Shown: positions 39,001-54,232, counted from the first letter of the stretch. The stretch: 64,000 nucleotides of DNA from Eledone cirrhosa (GCA_964016885.1 OZ024746.1:47368001-47432000); one strand, 5' to 3'. Program-made: numbers and translations. The notes: generated by a model not told the origin, from the sequence alone.

Positions 39001-40169
39001 AGGTAGTTGCATTTTTGGCGTATATAATATTCTATATATCACTTCGTTCTGTATGCATATATGTATATTCTCAGCTTATAGTCACGTCCCCGTTCAAATC
39101 TCGCCGAGGTTAGTTTTACCTTTCATCCTTACGGGGTTGATAAAATAAAGTACCAGTAATGCACTGGGTAGATTTAATCGACTTTCCTCTTCCACGAAAA
39201 TTGTTCTTAAATGAGAAATCATATATGTATGTTCTGTATATTTTTTGCAAATCTTTCTCCAATAAATAAAGAGCTAGTCTTCAACATCTACGTATGGTAT
39301 TTTTTTTTTCTAATTGATTTCAGTTCTTCTTAAAAAGAAAGAGCTGGCTTTTTAACAAAGAAACAAAGCTCCGTTGTTAAAATTTTGGATTATTACAACG
39401 GGGCGAGTGCTACACGTTGAAACTGAAAAACCTCTAACATATTTTTAACGTTCTACTTACAGATTTTGTTTGTAATGTAAGTGTTAGCTAGTAACTTCCT
39501 TTGCCTGAAAACCTCAGCTTTTCGAGATTGCATTTTAGACATTTGTTAACATGTCCAAATGCATCAATAATTAAAAATATAAATGTGAATTTATTATCTG
39601 GCTAGCAAAGCTGTAAATTGTCTGTGAATATTATCATTCTTATTGAATGTTCCCATTTACAGTGCATCTGACCTCTATTAGTACACATGTATGTATATAT
39701 GTACATACATATGTACCTATGTATGTATGTATGTATGTATGTATGTATGTTTTGTCTTGTTGCCATAGATAAAGTCTACTATCAACAGTGTGACAAAATA
39801 AACTCTATCACTCTTCTTGAAGAATATACAGTCATAAATATTAAAATTGCAGGGAATAAAATCAAATTATTGTTTCGTTTCATAGATAATAGGTTATTTT
39901 ATTCAATTGACGTTGCTGATTGCCTTGTGATAAGATAGATATATATTGCGTCTACATTATTCAAGTTGTGGTGGATGGACAGAATGACGTAGGCAGAATA
40001 ACTGAAAATTCCCTCTTAGCTGGAGAAAAAAAACAGACTTCTCGTGGTAATTGTTAGTTACTCTTGGCAACTAAAGGAAAGATAATTTCAAGAAATTAAG
40101 AATTAATCCTTGAAAATTACTACACGTGCTTACGGGACAATTTACTATTTGTTTATAAGCAATGGACAA

Positions 40170-40210
40170 CTATAGACACGTTTCAGTCTTATTGAACCGC
40201 ACCAGTATAG
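40170..40210 (-). ncRNA. Degenerate minimal hammerhead
   Basis: CTATA-CTGGTGC (mutated core)-GGTTCAATAAGACT-GAAAC-GT-GTC|TATAG. Confidence 0.5.
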
Positions 40211-40636
40211 TATATTCTACACAAGCCTGCCTTGATCATTTGAAACAGTTTAATATATATTAAACGAGTTAAGAATAATTTGGGCATATATAAAATTTGC
40301 ATAATTACAAAATAAGATTGTCTTATTATAAGAGATATAACTCAAGTAAGCCAGTGGCAAGAAATTAGATTAATCAGTAGTGCACTGAATGGTGCATATA
40401 TAAGTATTTAAATTATATTTAAAATATTAATTATTAATTTCTTGGAATTATCTCCCCTTTCCAATGAGAGCTGCCAATAATCGCCGCTAGATTTTCTTTC
40501 TTCGTTAGACAAAAGGCCTTGTTAGGTTTATTTCATGTCTTTACATACTGTGTTTAAATTCTGCCAGAGTCAATAAAATAAAGTACTGGTAAAGTACATG
40601 GTCTCGATATAATCGAATTTCCCCTTCCCTAAATTG

Positions 40637-40788
<152 letters not shown>

Positions 40789-41559
40789 ATAAATGCGTGT
40801 ATGTGTATGCTTTAAATATTTATAATATACATAAGTGGAAAGAGAAAAACAATACTACTGGGCTCGCATAGAATCTGTGTAATTATACATCCACGTACAC
40901 TGTATCTGTTTGTGTAGTCACAATGTCTCTTAGACCAGGGGTAATTATGATTGAAACATAATGCATAATTAATTTGGTATAGAATACATTTATCATCGTC
41001 TCCTAAGTTAAATTATGCGAAGACACATCCTTATAGTCCACTTGTAAACCAGCAATTATTCTTAGCTCGGAGATGTCGTGGAAACGACTGCGTGCCAAAG
41101 GGGAAAATTTGTTGCTATCTCGTTTATAATATTGTGCACTCTGTTTATCGAAAAACAGTTACGGGAAGATTTTCAGAGACGAACTTTTCTATAATTATTT
41201 ATGGTTTCAGTGTGCAAGAATATTCTCTTGTCGAAATTGTTGACAATGAAAAACATATATATATATTCTTTAGTACAGGCAAATCTTATAGTTGGCGTAT
41301 ATTCCGTGGAATCATAAATGTAAATACAACGAAGCAATGAATAGTATTTGTGTATACTGAAATAAATTATTTAAGCGTTCATTCTATGTTTACGTGATAA
41401 ATTATCTCTGCTGGTTTCCTGTTTCATACAAGTGAATTAACTCTGTATTCTTGATGAGATACGATTTGCTCGAAACCGGTAAAAACTTACTGAGATTTCG
41501 GTATTATAGACAATGTTTATGCAATATGTTTAGTAATCATCAGTACGCTTCCATAGATC

Positions 41560-42300
41560 TCGATCTTCCAAAAACCTATTATCTATAAGTCCCTCATCAG
41601 TCTCACAGAGAAATCTATGTCGCTGCTCTTGACATCAGCAAAACATTTGAGTGTATTTGGAATGAGAGTCTCCTGGCTAAGTGGCCCATTTATAGATTAC
41701 ATCTGTCTCTAACCTCTAATAAATTGATGGGGCGTGTTCTTCCTAATGCTCTGTCAAATGTGCCGTGGCTCAGGACTGGATAATATTTCCCAAGCTTTTC
41801 CGCTTGCACATTAACAACTTACTCGCTGTCAACTATAACAACGCTCACTCTTATCAAGATTATACTATAGACCACTTCTAATCTTCCGTGCATCTACATG
41901 TAACCAAGACATCTCACACTAATCTTGCACGAATTCCTTGAATAGTGACTTTGAAAACATTATCTAATGAGGACATGAGAATCTTGTCTCCTAAAACACA
42001 GTTAAAATCATTTCATGTATCATAGTAACATTTACAAGTGATCCCCTAATCTCCAGAATTGTACACTTCTAGAGTTAGTGATATGACTTGGCTGAAAGAT
42101 ATGAGTTTGTATCTCGTCTCTAGCACTGTTGAAACTGCTTCCGTTTAGTCCCTGCTGATATAGTGACCTGTACGAAATATATAATCTTCTTCCCAAACGA
42201 TAGTCCTAGAAACAGCAGCCATATTTCCTTCATAACACTTTATTCAAAAGAAAAAGTAATCTTGATATGATCCTGGATACCACACATCTGAAGAATGTTA
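41560..42300 (+). pseudogene. Highly decayed LINE RT fragment (CR1/L2/Jockey-like)
   Basis: Remnants resembling ALDISKAFD (GCTCTTGACATCAGCAAAACATTTGA) and VPQG (GTGGCTCAGGA); many stops. Confidence 0.45.
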
Positions 42301-42679
42301 GAATGCTCAGGGTTTGCTAGATCCAAGCTGACCTTAAAATAAACAGTAACCTCATTATGTACAACATTGAATAACATATTCATCTATCGACTGAAACCTG
42401 CGCTTGCAACGAACACAATGATGTATGCTCTACATAGTCTGATCTCAGATACGTGCCCTAAATTCACCAGCAATTGCAGCATTACTGTCCACTACTAGGC
42501 GTCTTTCCAAAACGATTAACTATGGTTTGGGAAAGATCTTTCCATGTTTGAGGATGATATCTTGGTTGGAGAAGAACTTTGAACATCTTAGACAGTATCT
42601 ATCAAGCTGAGTAAGTTAACTATATGATCAAACCTTCTCTTCAGAAATGTATACTACTTGATCATCTTGCCTTTGTATA

Positions 42680-43285
42680 TGTAGTGACCTACATTCCGCG
42701 GGCTCACATACATTCTCTGTGCGAGATTTGGCTCAGTTCAGCCAATCAGCGCCAGTAGAAGAGGATGTATCCCTACGCGTCCTGAGAGAGAAATTACCCG
42801 CAAAGATTTGAGGGATCTCTCTCTTGCAGCTCGACCGCACAAAGGTAAACAACTACTTTTCTTTCGCCGTGAAATCACTAGCCAATATGTAACACAACAA
42901 TTTAACCATGGCCTGGCAACACTTAAACAGCCAGTAGCCCGTGTCTTTACGAAATCTTAATTCGTTTGTTTTATTTCTCTTGGCATGCCAGCTCAACCTT
43001 TGTTAATAAATAATGTAAAACATGCTAAAGTCGTTGTCCATATTCCTATCATATCTTTCTACCAAAGTGGTTCCTCGTGGCAACATTACAACTTCACAAT
43101 ACACTTTCTGCTAAACTGGTGACCGACGTAAGAATTTTTCGCAGCCTTCTGTTCAATGCAACTTACGAAAATACAAAATATCCCTTTTAAAATTGTAAAA
43201 AAATTAGCAGTATTTCAAAACCTTTTCGCCACGAGGAAATTTCAAAATGGTACCGACAAGTCCTGTCTACAATCAACAACGACAA

Positions 43286-43318
<33 letters not shown>

Positions 43319-45068
43319 TGTTTAACCACTAACCAACAGGGAATAGTGAGATGGCAGCTTCATAGCCTTACCGACGCAAACCACCACACATCGGAAATTT
43401 CAAAACGGCTACCACCAAGTACCAGCCATCATCAGCAACACATGGCTAACTATTAACCAACACCAGGGAACGGCTTGTAACTTTGCCGACGCAACCACCA
43501 CACCTTCTGTCTCGTTACCACAAGGACTCGAGAAATTAAGACAGTAGTTTTCTCACCATTATGGCGTCAGACGTGGCTGCCATGTTGGTGACTCTAGGTT
43601 CTTCAACGCTCGACTTCGACTCCACAGAAGATTCATTGTGACTTTGCTTTAACAACAACAACTCTACTAGCTCCCTAGTAAGAGCGATCCCAAAGAAAAA
43701 AGAAGCGAACTTTTTGTTAAAAGAAAAGAAACAATTCTTTCTTTCTTCCTTTTTTTTTCAGGCATTTATTTTGGACATTTATTTTTTTTAAACTGTATTA
43801 TATGAAAATTCATTTCTCTCTATCATTGTATATGTGACCGCACGCTCACATTTTCTTTGCTGTATTGCATGCCTTCATATATACACACACACCAACATGT
43901 TGTCTATAGTGTGTGATCTTCAGGCGTCGTAATATTCTGCGAGATCCCTTTTCACCTTCTGGAGGTACCAAAACATGCTGTCGACACTTGCAGCTTAATT
44001 CACCTGCACCGCAACACGAGAATGCTAATTGCAGCTGAACTCAAACAGTTTCGCATCTCGTTGCACATTCATCGTCCATAACAACCTCTATCTTGTTATC
44101 TTACCCAACTCACCGGGAAAACAACAAATAGAACTGGACTTGTCAGCATTTCCACCACTTCTGTGGATTCGCCCGAATTATGGAACTGCAACCCACCTAC
44201 AGATTCAACTTGCTTTTTTTTTTGTTTTCAAAGCAACCAGCCATTTTTTCCTAGCTCCCTAGCACATTCGGCAATACATCTGGGAGGCCAACATTTTCTC
44301 GCCTACCCATCATCTTCTTGCCAGCACTGGTAAACTACCATAATAGCTTCATCCACAGCTACTGGTACAACACTTACCATTAACATTTAATGCAAGAACA
44401 GCAACTTCGCCCATGTCAGACTTTATCCGTTTTCTGTTAGACCTTTGGTGGTCACGTATAAACTACAAAACAGCTAGTCATTTGACACAGCGGCTCAACA
44501 CGGCCCGTAGCGCCTCATTTTTTTCTTGCATGCATCCTTCTGCTCAATTATTTTTTCACTGATGTGCTCTTTCAGCATTTGTTCTTGCTGATTCAATAAT
44601 CTGTATCGACTTCCGTCTAGAAGGGGGGTATTGTAGTGACCTACATTCCGCGGGCTCACATACATTCTCTGTGCGTGATTTGGCTCAGTTCAGCCAATCA
44701 GCGCCAGTAGAAGAGGATGTATCCCTACGCGTCCTGAGAGAGAAATGACCCGCAAAGATTTGAGGGATCTCTCTCTTGCAGCTCGACCGCACAAAGGTAA
44801 ACAACTACTTTTCTTTCGCCGTGAAATCACTAGCCAATATGTAACACAACAATTTAACCACGGCTTGGCAACACTTAAACAGCCAGTAGCCCGTGTCTTT
44901 ACGAAATCTTAATTCGTTTGTTTTATTTCTCTTGTCATGCCAGCTCAACCTTTGTTAATAAATAATGTAAAACATGCTAAAGTCGTTGTCCATATTCCTA
45001 TCATATCTTTCTACCAAAGGTGGTTCCTCGTGGCAACATTACAACTTCTAAATTCTATTTCTGCTAAA
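42680..45068 (+). mobile_element. Non-autonomous LTR retrotransposon, element 2
   Basis: LTRs 42680-43115 and 44632-45068; PBS TGGTGACCGACGT (tRNA-Trp-like) at 43117; PPT AGAAGGGGGG; 4-bp TSD TATA; no long internal ORF. Confidence 0.9.
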
Positions 45069-45645
45069 TATATGTTGTTCCCATCTACTAGACAGAAATA
45101 GTGTTGTAGTTTGCTTGAAGCATTGCGGGGTATGAAAATTATGTATGTCTTTAGTAGCTGCAATAATATCAAGGCAATAAAATTGGGTGAGGAGGAAGAA
45201 ATGCAAGAATCAGGGATAATGTTAACTTGGAAACATTTATTAGTGTCAATATATGGTACAAGCGAAATATATTGGGACGAATAAATATTTCAATGTTAAC
45301 ATTATTACTGCTTCTTGTTCTTCCTATTCACCTGATTTTGTTGCCTTAATATTTACATCACTTGCATTGTAGCGGCTTTCAAAACATAACCACTTTTCCT
45401 ATATACATTATATGTGTGTATACATATATATATGAAACTCGAGGCCCGGTACTTGCCGTTTTGATAGCTAATTCCAGACTCAGTGTTCGCAGTCAAACTA
45501 TTTTCGGTGGTATCTAGAATGAGTCTGGAATTAGCTGTCGAAACGGCAAGAGCTCAGTCGTCGGGCCCCGGTTATCCCTAGTATAATTACACTCTACTAT
45601 CCCAAGTATAAGTATCGAATACTCTGCTGAAACTGGTAAAATCCT

Positions 45646-45720
<75 letters not shown>

Positions 45721-46206
45721 GAGAGGCAGCATATATCTATATATATAAAGAGAGAGACCGAGAGAGTGAGCTATTAGTATCGACACTACTCGAATACTAA
45801 ATTAAATGGTAGAATATAAACTGGAACTGAACTCGTTTCTGGAAGTCCCCTGAATTATATAAAGTAGCTATAGAACCCCTCTAAACCTGTTTCATCCACC
45901 ACTAGATTCATTTTCAATACTGATTTCGTGTTGACAGCTTCCTAAACCTATGAGATTAAGCTAGGCTGCTGTAAAAGCTTAATAGCAACGTTACTAAGTG
46001 TGCTCGGATTTACTAAGTACATCGGCTAAAACCGTTTCATTTATCGCAGTTCGACTTGTCTACATACATATGTGAATAAGAAAAAGAGAGTGTATGTCAA
46101 AGATTTGGTGTGTGTCTTTATGTGTATTTATACCTAAACATGCACGCGTGCGCACAGAAATACACACACACAAACACATACACACACATACATACATACA
46201 CATATA

Positions 46207-46248
<42 letters not shown>

Positions 46249-46280
46249 CACATATATATATATATATACATACACACATA

Positions 46281-46416
<136 letters not shown>

Positions 46417-46644
46417 TTTTTTTTTTTGTTTTTTTTAATATAGAGGTGTGACACACGAGTTGTGATATATTAGTAAAAAGGAAAAGAAAGTGCTCACATA
46501 TTTTTCCCAGTGAAAAATAGTTTAATTAGGAATGAGTATTAGTTAGTATTCAGTTTTAGTTTTAAGTTTTTGCCGGTTGCGCATTTCTTATGCTTTTCAA
46601 AAATAATTTATATATATATGGTTAGTTAGTTCGTTCGTTCGTTC

Positions 46645-46680
<36 letters not shown>

Positions 46681-46699
46681 ATTAGTTAATTAGTTAGGA

Positions 46700-47450
46700 A
46701 AAAGTTTGTAACGATCCTCCTCTCGAGCCAGGTTCACATCTACAAGGTCTTCCTTCACAGTCCTCAACCAGGTCTTAACTTGTCCGCCTTCCCTTCTACA
46801 TCCTCTTTATAGCTTCCGCTTGAGGGAGGCTTTCACTGATGGTTTCGTGGGCATATATAGCACGTAGCCGAGTATCTTGTATATGTCACTCAGTCCGGTC
46901 TTTTCTCTGGTGTCTTCATTTGTGATGTACTCAAACCAGGAATACCATAGTAAGTCTCTAAGGCAATGTCTTTGGAAGACATCTAAGTTGTAAAACTTCT
47001 GCTGGTCATATTCCGTATCTTTCAGGCATATGTCACTTTCTACACAACGATTGATGTTTACAGGCAGAATTTCATGTCATTACTAATGGATGAGTTAAAC
47101 CATACAGGCTTTTCTGAGTCTCTTCTTCATATCAGTTACTGAGTTTCCGTCATTAGCCTTATTACTTCCCACGGAGCCAGCGATTTCCAGAGCCTGGTCC
47201 TCTAGTTGGACAGAGTGCTTCATCAATAATCATCACTTTCACCTTTGTATTGCTGATCTGAAGACAAATCTTTGAGTTGCTGTTGCTAGGAATGGTGGTT
47301 ATGTCTTGAATTACCGTAGACATGGTACTGAAGAGTTCCAGATAATTAGTGAAGTCATGATCGAAGAGTCTACCTTGTCTCCACTTGAAGCCGTATGTTG
47401 GATCCCCATGTGAAGTACTTAGGTAGATTCATAAGGACTCTAGCTACCTC
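46700..47450 (-). pseudogene. Decayed LINE (RTE-like) 3' RT fragment
   Basis: Remnants such as CLRDLLWYSWFEYITNE and RLRAIYAH, ending near a (TAAC)n tail; no intact ORF. Confidence 0.4.
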
Positions 47451-48380
47451 CTATAGTTTTTAAAAATCCTTATAATATCAGCAAGAGGGTATCCAAACTC
47501 TCTTCTTGCAAAGCTTTCTTTGACGGGGTGGCCCCTTACTACAACACAGCTCTAAGCAACAGCGGCTTCTTCTAGAGAATCCCTTACTCTCCAGATCATC
47601 GCGCTATATCTAACAAGAAAAAATCTTAACATAAAACCTTCGTGTGATTCGTGTCACCATTCGCGCTCAACGTTAAGACTAATGTAGGTAGAAAATTCCT
47701 TGCACTCTTAGATTCACACTTCCCTTTAGGCAATAAATAGCAGCAAATATTTAACTGCCACACAGTGAAAATATGCAACTCTTGTACCAAAACATTAGAT
47801 ATACCATCACCAACAAACGCAAGAGCCTTCTATCTTACGAATGCTCATGCAAAAGGCCGGAGGCGTGCCCCTAGACCAACAGTTCAAAATCAGCGAAGAT
47901 ATATAAAGCAAAAGTGACCTCCTCCAACCAGAACCACCTAACAGAAGTCTGAACTTATGTAAAAATGTCTGAGAGCCGGTTTAGAAGCCGTTTCCTGGAC
48001 CACGAAACGACCTTCAGACAGCTCAACAAAAGACATACCAATCAGCTCATAAACCAGGTGGAGGACCTCAAAGAAAACGGCAGGGCATTCTCCATTAAAT
48101 GGAGAATTCTAGAATGATCGACCCCCAACGACAATGGAGCGAAATTGTCTCAGCTGTGTATCCCTGAAAATTGGAATATTGTTATGACAACCCAACGAAA
48201 TTTAAGTAGCTGTATATGTCACTCTTTCAACTGATTAGACATAACTTGTCTACACCCTTGGCTGTGACCTCTTCAGGCAGTCCGAATTAGTGTGGTATAG
48301 ACAAGTACATATGTTGTTGAGGTGTATAACATATATTGAGGTCAACAACATATGTACTTGTCTATACCACACAAATTCGG

Positions 48381-48435
48381 ACTGCCTGAAGAGGTCACAG
48401 CCAAAGATAGCTGTCACCGAAATATATATAGCAGT
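48381..48435 (+). ncRNA. Minimal type I hammerhead ribozyme (same family as 5497)
   Basis: ACTGC-CTGAAGA-GGT..ACAGC/GCTGT..ACC-GAAA-TATATATA-GCAGT; a partial inverted copy lies at 48258-48320. Confidence 0.8.
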
Positions 48436-48481
48436 AATAAACGAAGCTAAATTTTAAACATTTGACTTATTTATTTTATTT

Positions 48482-48564
<83 letters not shown>

Positions 48565-49344
48565 TGTATGTATGTATGTATGTATGTATGTATGTATGCA
48601 TGTCTCTGTGTGTAGTAATTATATATTAAAGCAACTATGTTATTGTACGAATTAAATTCTCTCTCTGTCTCTCACTCTCTCACTCTCTCTCTCCAGCTCT
48701 AGCTCTCATTCTCTGTATATATATGTGTGTGTGTATAAGTATCAATGAATTAATATATATATTTATATATAAGTAGATATATATGTATGTATATATATAT
48801 ATATAATGTATTCAAGTGATTATATATGTGTATTTGTGTGTGTGTGTACGTGTGTGTGTGTACGTGTGTGTGTCAGTGTCTGTGTTTGCGTGCGCTTGCA
48901 CATGATTTTATGTACATACACTTACGCCTACAGTAAACACCTTGACAGCTCTCTTCAATCATCATTCTAACTTCTCTAAGGAATTAATTAACAATAATAG
49001 TTGAACATATCTGGTGCAATCCTTTTGATAGGATATCATATGTTCATATCTTGTTGCTGCTATTGTGTTATAAATCTTAGCAAAACCCTGTAACTTTCAT
49101 GTTATCTTAAGAACTAAGGGTGAACTGTTTGATGGTAAAAGTTGATTAACTAGAAATATACTGAATGCTTGATTAGATTATCTACATCTGTGTTTAAAGT
49201 CCATACTACACCATATTTTTAATCTTCTGTACTCTAGAAATGTATTGCACCTTTTACCACCTCTATATATTTCTTACTTGGTTCATACCTTCTGTTACAT
49301 TGGTCATGAAATAGAAAGTGCCGTGTTTCTGCTACTAAATAATA

Positions 49345-49558
49345 GTTTCTTATATAGGCACAAGGCCAGCAATTTTGGGGTTAGTGGAAAGTCGATTAAA
49401 TCGACCCCAGTGCGTGACTGGTACTTTATTTTATCGACACCGTAAGGATGAAAGGCAAAGTTAACCCCGGCAGGATTTGAACTTAGATCATAGGGGGCCG
49501 TAACTCTGTCCGTCAAAGCAAGACGTCCGACTCTCTACCGATACTGCCTATCCACCGC
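49345..49558 (-). mobile_element. tRNA-derived SINE with apparent TSD
   Basis: Same family; flanked by the direct repeat TTTCTGCTACTAAATAATA. Confidence 0.8.
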
Positions 49559-50254
49559 GCTTCTGCTACTAAATAATAAAAATCATGAGACATTCTCCTT
49601 TCGTTATTTTTGTTCTTTAATTTTTTTTATTTTTTTTTTGTATATGATGTGGATTATGGTGTAAATTTGGTCTCAGTATCTATTTGTTCGGCTTAAATGT
49701 TATTTTATTTCTGTTCCTTCTATTTGTCTGATTTGTTGGTAATTTCATTTTTTATTCTATAATGCTGTCTGTTCGACTGATTGACATTATCTATAAATAT
49801 TTTTTACTATATTTTTTAGAAGCGATGCAACAATCTCGCAGGACAGAAAACTTTCTCAAATCGATTACTATGGGAAGATGTCAAGTCGACGAAATAACAC
49901 AGAAAATAAAAATTATATATATTTGAAAACAATTAATTTCGAAAATGTCTTCTATTATACTGCAATATAGGGTCAGCATATACTGCAATATAGGGTCAGC
50001 ATATGACCTTTTCATCCGGCCCTCGTATTGCAAAAATTTCGACGTGCCATTTATGCAGCGCTACATATACACATGAATGGAAGCTTGGCCGCATTCTTTT
50101 TGGAAAGTAGTTCGTTACATGCCACCGTTTCCCATTGGGTATAAAAGATCGCGTGATGGCAATGGCAATCGCGAAGGACTACAACTAAAATCTTTGTAAT
50201 GTTTTGTTAGATGCAGGGGTGGAGCTAACAAAACACTACGCACACACACATGTG

Positions 50255-50337
<83 letters not shown>

Positions 50338-50861
50338 CAGACAGACAGACAGACAGACAGCCAAACAGATAGACAGACAGGAACAGAGTCAGACAGACAA
50401 CGGTAGCATACGATGTCATCGATTTTCTCTTTGTATAGATGCTTGTATATGTTTCTGTATTTAAACTATATACTACACCATACTTTTAATCTCCTGCACT
50501 CTAGATATGTATTACACGTTTAACCAGCTCTATATATTTCTTGCTCGGTTTATGTAGTAGAATATATTTATTTTAAATATTTTTATTTTTATAAGTTTCT
50601 ATTACACGATTGGCAGAGTCGTTAAAACGCCGGATACAATACTTTGCAGTATTAGTTAAGTCTCTAACTGTGAATTTACAGCTTCATAGAACTACCAGAA
50701 ACATTAACCTCTAGTAATATAGCAATATAGAACTACAATTCTATGAGTCACTCAGTTGAATCCTTGATTCTGCTGCTGTTCAGTCTCTGGTCGGCTCCAA
50801 TCAAACATACCAATGATGAAAGCCACTCTAGTTGTGATCATCTTGTTTAGGTTTATATTAT

Positions 50862-51040
50862 CTGGCAGTATCGGTAGAGCGTCAGACACTATACTTTACA
50901 GCATAGAGTTATGGCCTTTTACGTTCTGGGTTCAAGTCCCGCCGAGTTTAAATTTGCCTTTCATCCTTATGGGGTCGATAAAATAAAGCACCAGTAATGC
51001 ACTGGGGTAATTGCTGGCCTTGTGCCAAAAGTAGAAACAA
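50862..51040 (+). mobile_element. tRNA-derived SINE
   Basis: Same family as 1972-2153. Confidence 0.8.
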
Positions 51041-51583
51041 TTGTCTAATGTTGGCTTCGCTATTTTCAAGAAAGTAGGCTGTGATTTGATGAAAATTTAA
51101 ATGCTATTTTTATGGGGGCTATTCAATCGCATATGACTCGTTGGCTCGTTGCAGTTAAGTCAGAGACTTTTGGCTTTTTTCTGTACTGAGATCGAACTAT
51201 ATGATTGTAAACTGTTTTCTAATGATATATTTTAAAAATTCAGTAATCTATCAAATAAGATCCAACGATTTACTAAGAAAAACATTCTTGGCAAAGCCAA
51301 AGAATGAATCCAAACCAAAAAAAGGAGACGAACTGATGGAGAAGCCTTTATGGGATCACGCGAACAGCTACAAAAGAAAATACAGCTAAGTCTGCTTCGA
51401 ATCGCTTTAAAACAGTAAAGGCACTTTGGATAATGTATTCCGAGGTACACGACTGGATTTCTTTGATCATAAGTTTCCTCCATCAAGTCTGTCATCAACT
51501 TCAACAACAACAAAAAGACTTGTTGTCTAGTCCATAAATATTGTGGTGTTCTCCCTCTCCATCTCTTTATATATATTTATATA

Positions 51584-52471
51584 TACGAGGTGTATCAGAA
51601 AAGTTCCAGGACTGATGTCACAAAAGATTTATTTCAAACCCAAACTTCACACTAAGAGTTTTTCCTTCAAAGTAATCCCCCTGGAGTATGTAACTGTAAT
51701 CTTAGCTCTCTGCAGCGATCAAACTTTTTTCTTCATAATTTTATATACATGTCCTCTGTTTCCAGTCGTCAAGCAATGAACACAGAGCAACGAACAAACT
51801 TGAAGTTTCTGGTACGGTTGGGGAAAACTCCGTCAGAAGCACTGGGATTGCTGCAACAAGTGTATGGAGATGAGACGATGTCACGCTCACGTGTTTTTGA
51901 GTGGTGCAAGATGACCCCAGGAGCGGAAGGCCCTCAACAACCAGGACTGAGGTCAACGTTGAGCGCGTCAGGCAGATGGTGCGTAGCGATCGTCGGCTGA
52001 CTGTTCGACTGATGGCAAATGAGCTGGGCATGAATCGGGACAGCGTCTGGAAGATTCTCACTGAAGATTTGGACATGCGGAAAGTCTGCGCGAAGATGGT
52101 GCCAAAACTGCTGAATGATGACCAGAAGGGTAGACGCATGCAAGTGTGCCAGGACATCCTCTAGCGTCTTGAAACCGAACCAGACTTGCTAGGGACAGTC
52201 ATTACCGGTGATGAATCATGGATCTTCGAGTACGACCCGGAGAGGGCCCATTTTGAAGACGTAGACGACATCAAAAAGGCTGTGACGACGGAACTGCGGA
52301 GGTTCCAGGAAGAATCCTTCCAGGAGTGCATGCAAGCGTGGCAGAAAAGGGTGAAAAAGTGCATTAGACTCCAGGAGATTACTTTGAAGGAGAAACCTCT
52401 TAGTGTGAAGTTTGGGTTTGAAATAAATCTTTTGTGACATCAGTCCTGGAACTTTTCTTACACACCTCGTA
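51584..52471 (+). mobile_element. Internally deleted mariner (Tc1/mariner) DNA transposon
   Basis: ~105-bp TIRs TACGAGGTGT.../...ACACCTCGTA with TA TSD; transposase remnants MNTEQRTNLKF, DDPRSGRPST and ITGDESWIFEYDPE fused directly to the C-terminus. Confidence 0.92.
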
Positions 52472-52563
52472 TATTAACATATATATAAATTTTCTATTTC
52501 TATCCTTTTCTCTCTTTCTCTCTCTTTCTCTCTCTTTCTCTCTCTTTCTCTCTCTCTCTCTCA

Positions 52564-52652
<89 letters not shown>

Positions 52653-53640
52653 CATACATTTATGAAGCAAAATAAAAACAATCTGAGCAATGATTGGCAA
52701 AGCAAGCAGTCAGATTATGTAGGAAGATGTTGTTATAGGAATATTATGTGAAATATTTCTGATAGAAATATTACAAAACGGAAAATATGATGGAAAATAT
52801 ATAAATATCATCAATGAAACATTATCAGGCTGGACAATGTGAAAGTAATTTTAGATAAAAATCTCGTGAGATGCTTTATGAAATTGGTTGTGCAAAATTA
52901 AGGTAGAAATAGAAAATTTCAAAATAGTTTTTCAGAAAAATAGTTCGTTTGTCTATTTGTTTTGTTTTTTCTTGTTTTGTTTTATTATTGTTTTGTTTTT
53001 GTATCATGTTTTGTTTTTGTTTTGCTTTTTCATATAAATGAATTATGGAAAGAGCAAAAACAATTTAAATTCTAACGATGTCAATTCCGTGCAGAATTTT
53101 GACCAAGTTTTCGTTATAATACAAAACTGTAGGTGATAATGAAAACTATAAGAATTGACCTCATCTCCAGTCATTTGAAATGATAGTAAAGTAGTGACTT
53201 CCTGTCTGAATACATAATGAAAGACTAACACTGTCTTCAAGAAATAATTCCATCGTCCTTAAGAATAAGATATTTTCCTTCTCTTTTGTCTTATTCTTCA
53301 ATTTTATTTCCCATAACCTTCTAAACTTTCTTGAGAAAATATACAACTCCCAGTAACTTATTCTCGTGGCACAGTGGGATACTTTTTAAAGTATGGACCC
53401 TTACTTTATTATCGAGCTGCTTTTCTAACGGATAATTCAACAATAACTAAAGATCGATGATGGAGACGGGTCCATAACTTCTATAGGTAACTTTGAGTCA
53501 ATCTTCTGCGAAATGCGTGTCGATATACATAAAACAAAATAAATACATACAAACTAAACTTCATCGTTTTCTTAATAAATACACTCTGCCTGTGCATCGA
53601 GTGTTCGTTTTGGTACCACCACCAGTAATTCAGTGAATCA

Positions 53641-53706
<66 letters not shown>

Positions 53707-54079
53707 TTTACCTACTATGCTGCTCCCTCTTCTTCTCTCGCTAGATTTCCGCTCACTTTGTTCTTGTTGGATTATTCATTGTGGACGTACTTAACCCCGA
53801 CCTCAAAATCATTTTTCGCTGCTATGTTTTTAACTTCCTTTCCTAATCTTCTCACACTACTCAAACGTCTATCTCTTCTCTTCTTATCCGGAGTTGAAAC
53901 CTCCTCTACTTTCTCCGAACGTGAGCCTAACATAACTGAATAACTTTGCCTCCTGTGTTGATTTGTTTCCTTATATATATATATGTGTGTGTGTTGGTGT
54001 GTGTGTGTATAAGTTTAACCCGGGTTCAATCGGGGGGTAGCCACAGTAAGTAAGGTAGTCAATACATAGCAGAGTATAA

Positions 54080-54189
54080 ATATTTAATATAGAAATGGCT
54101 TCTACAGGACTAAAACTGTTTCATTCGGGAGATGATGATTTCTCCTGAATGAAACAGTTCTAGTCCTGTAGAAGTCATTTCTATATTAA

Positions 54190-54193
<4 letters not shown>
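54080..54193. repeat. Palindrome containing the 3' half of a hammerhead
   Basis: …TGATGATTTCTCCTGAAT-GAAAC-AGTTCTA-GTC…; the arms end in (TA)n. Confidence 0.75.
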
Positions 54194-54231
<38 letters not shown>

Positions 54232-54232
54232 C

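Noticed and set aside
43247-43456. Poly-Q ORF inside LTR element 2
   Set aside because: Short (CAG)n-driven ORF with no gag or pol motifs.
51201-51530. Coding-looking unique segment
   Set aside because: In-frame stops, no convincing splice pair and no recognisable motif.
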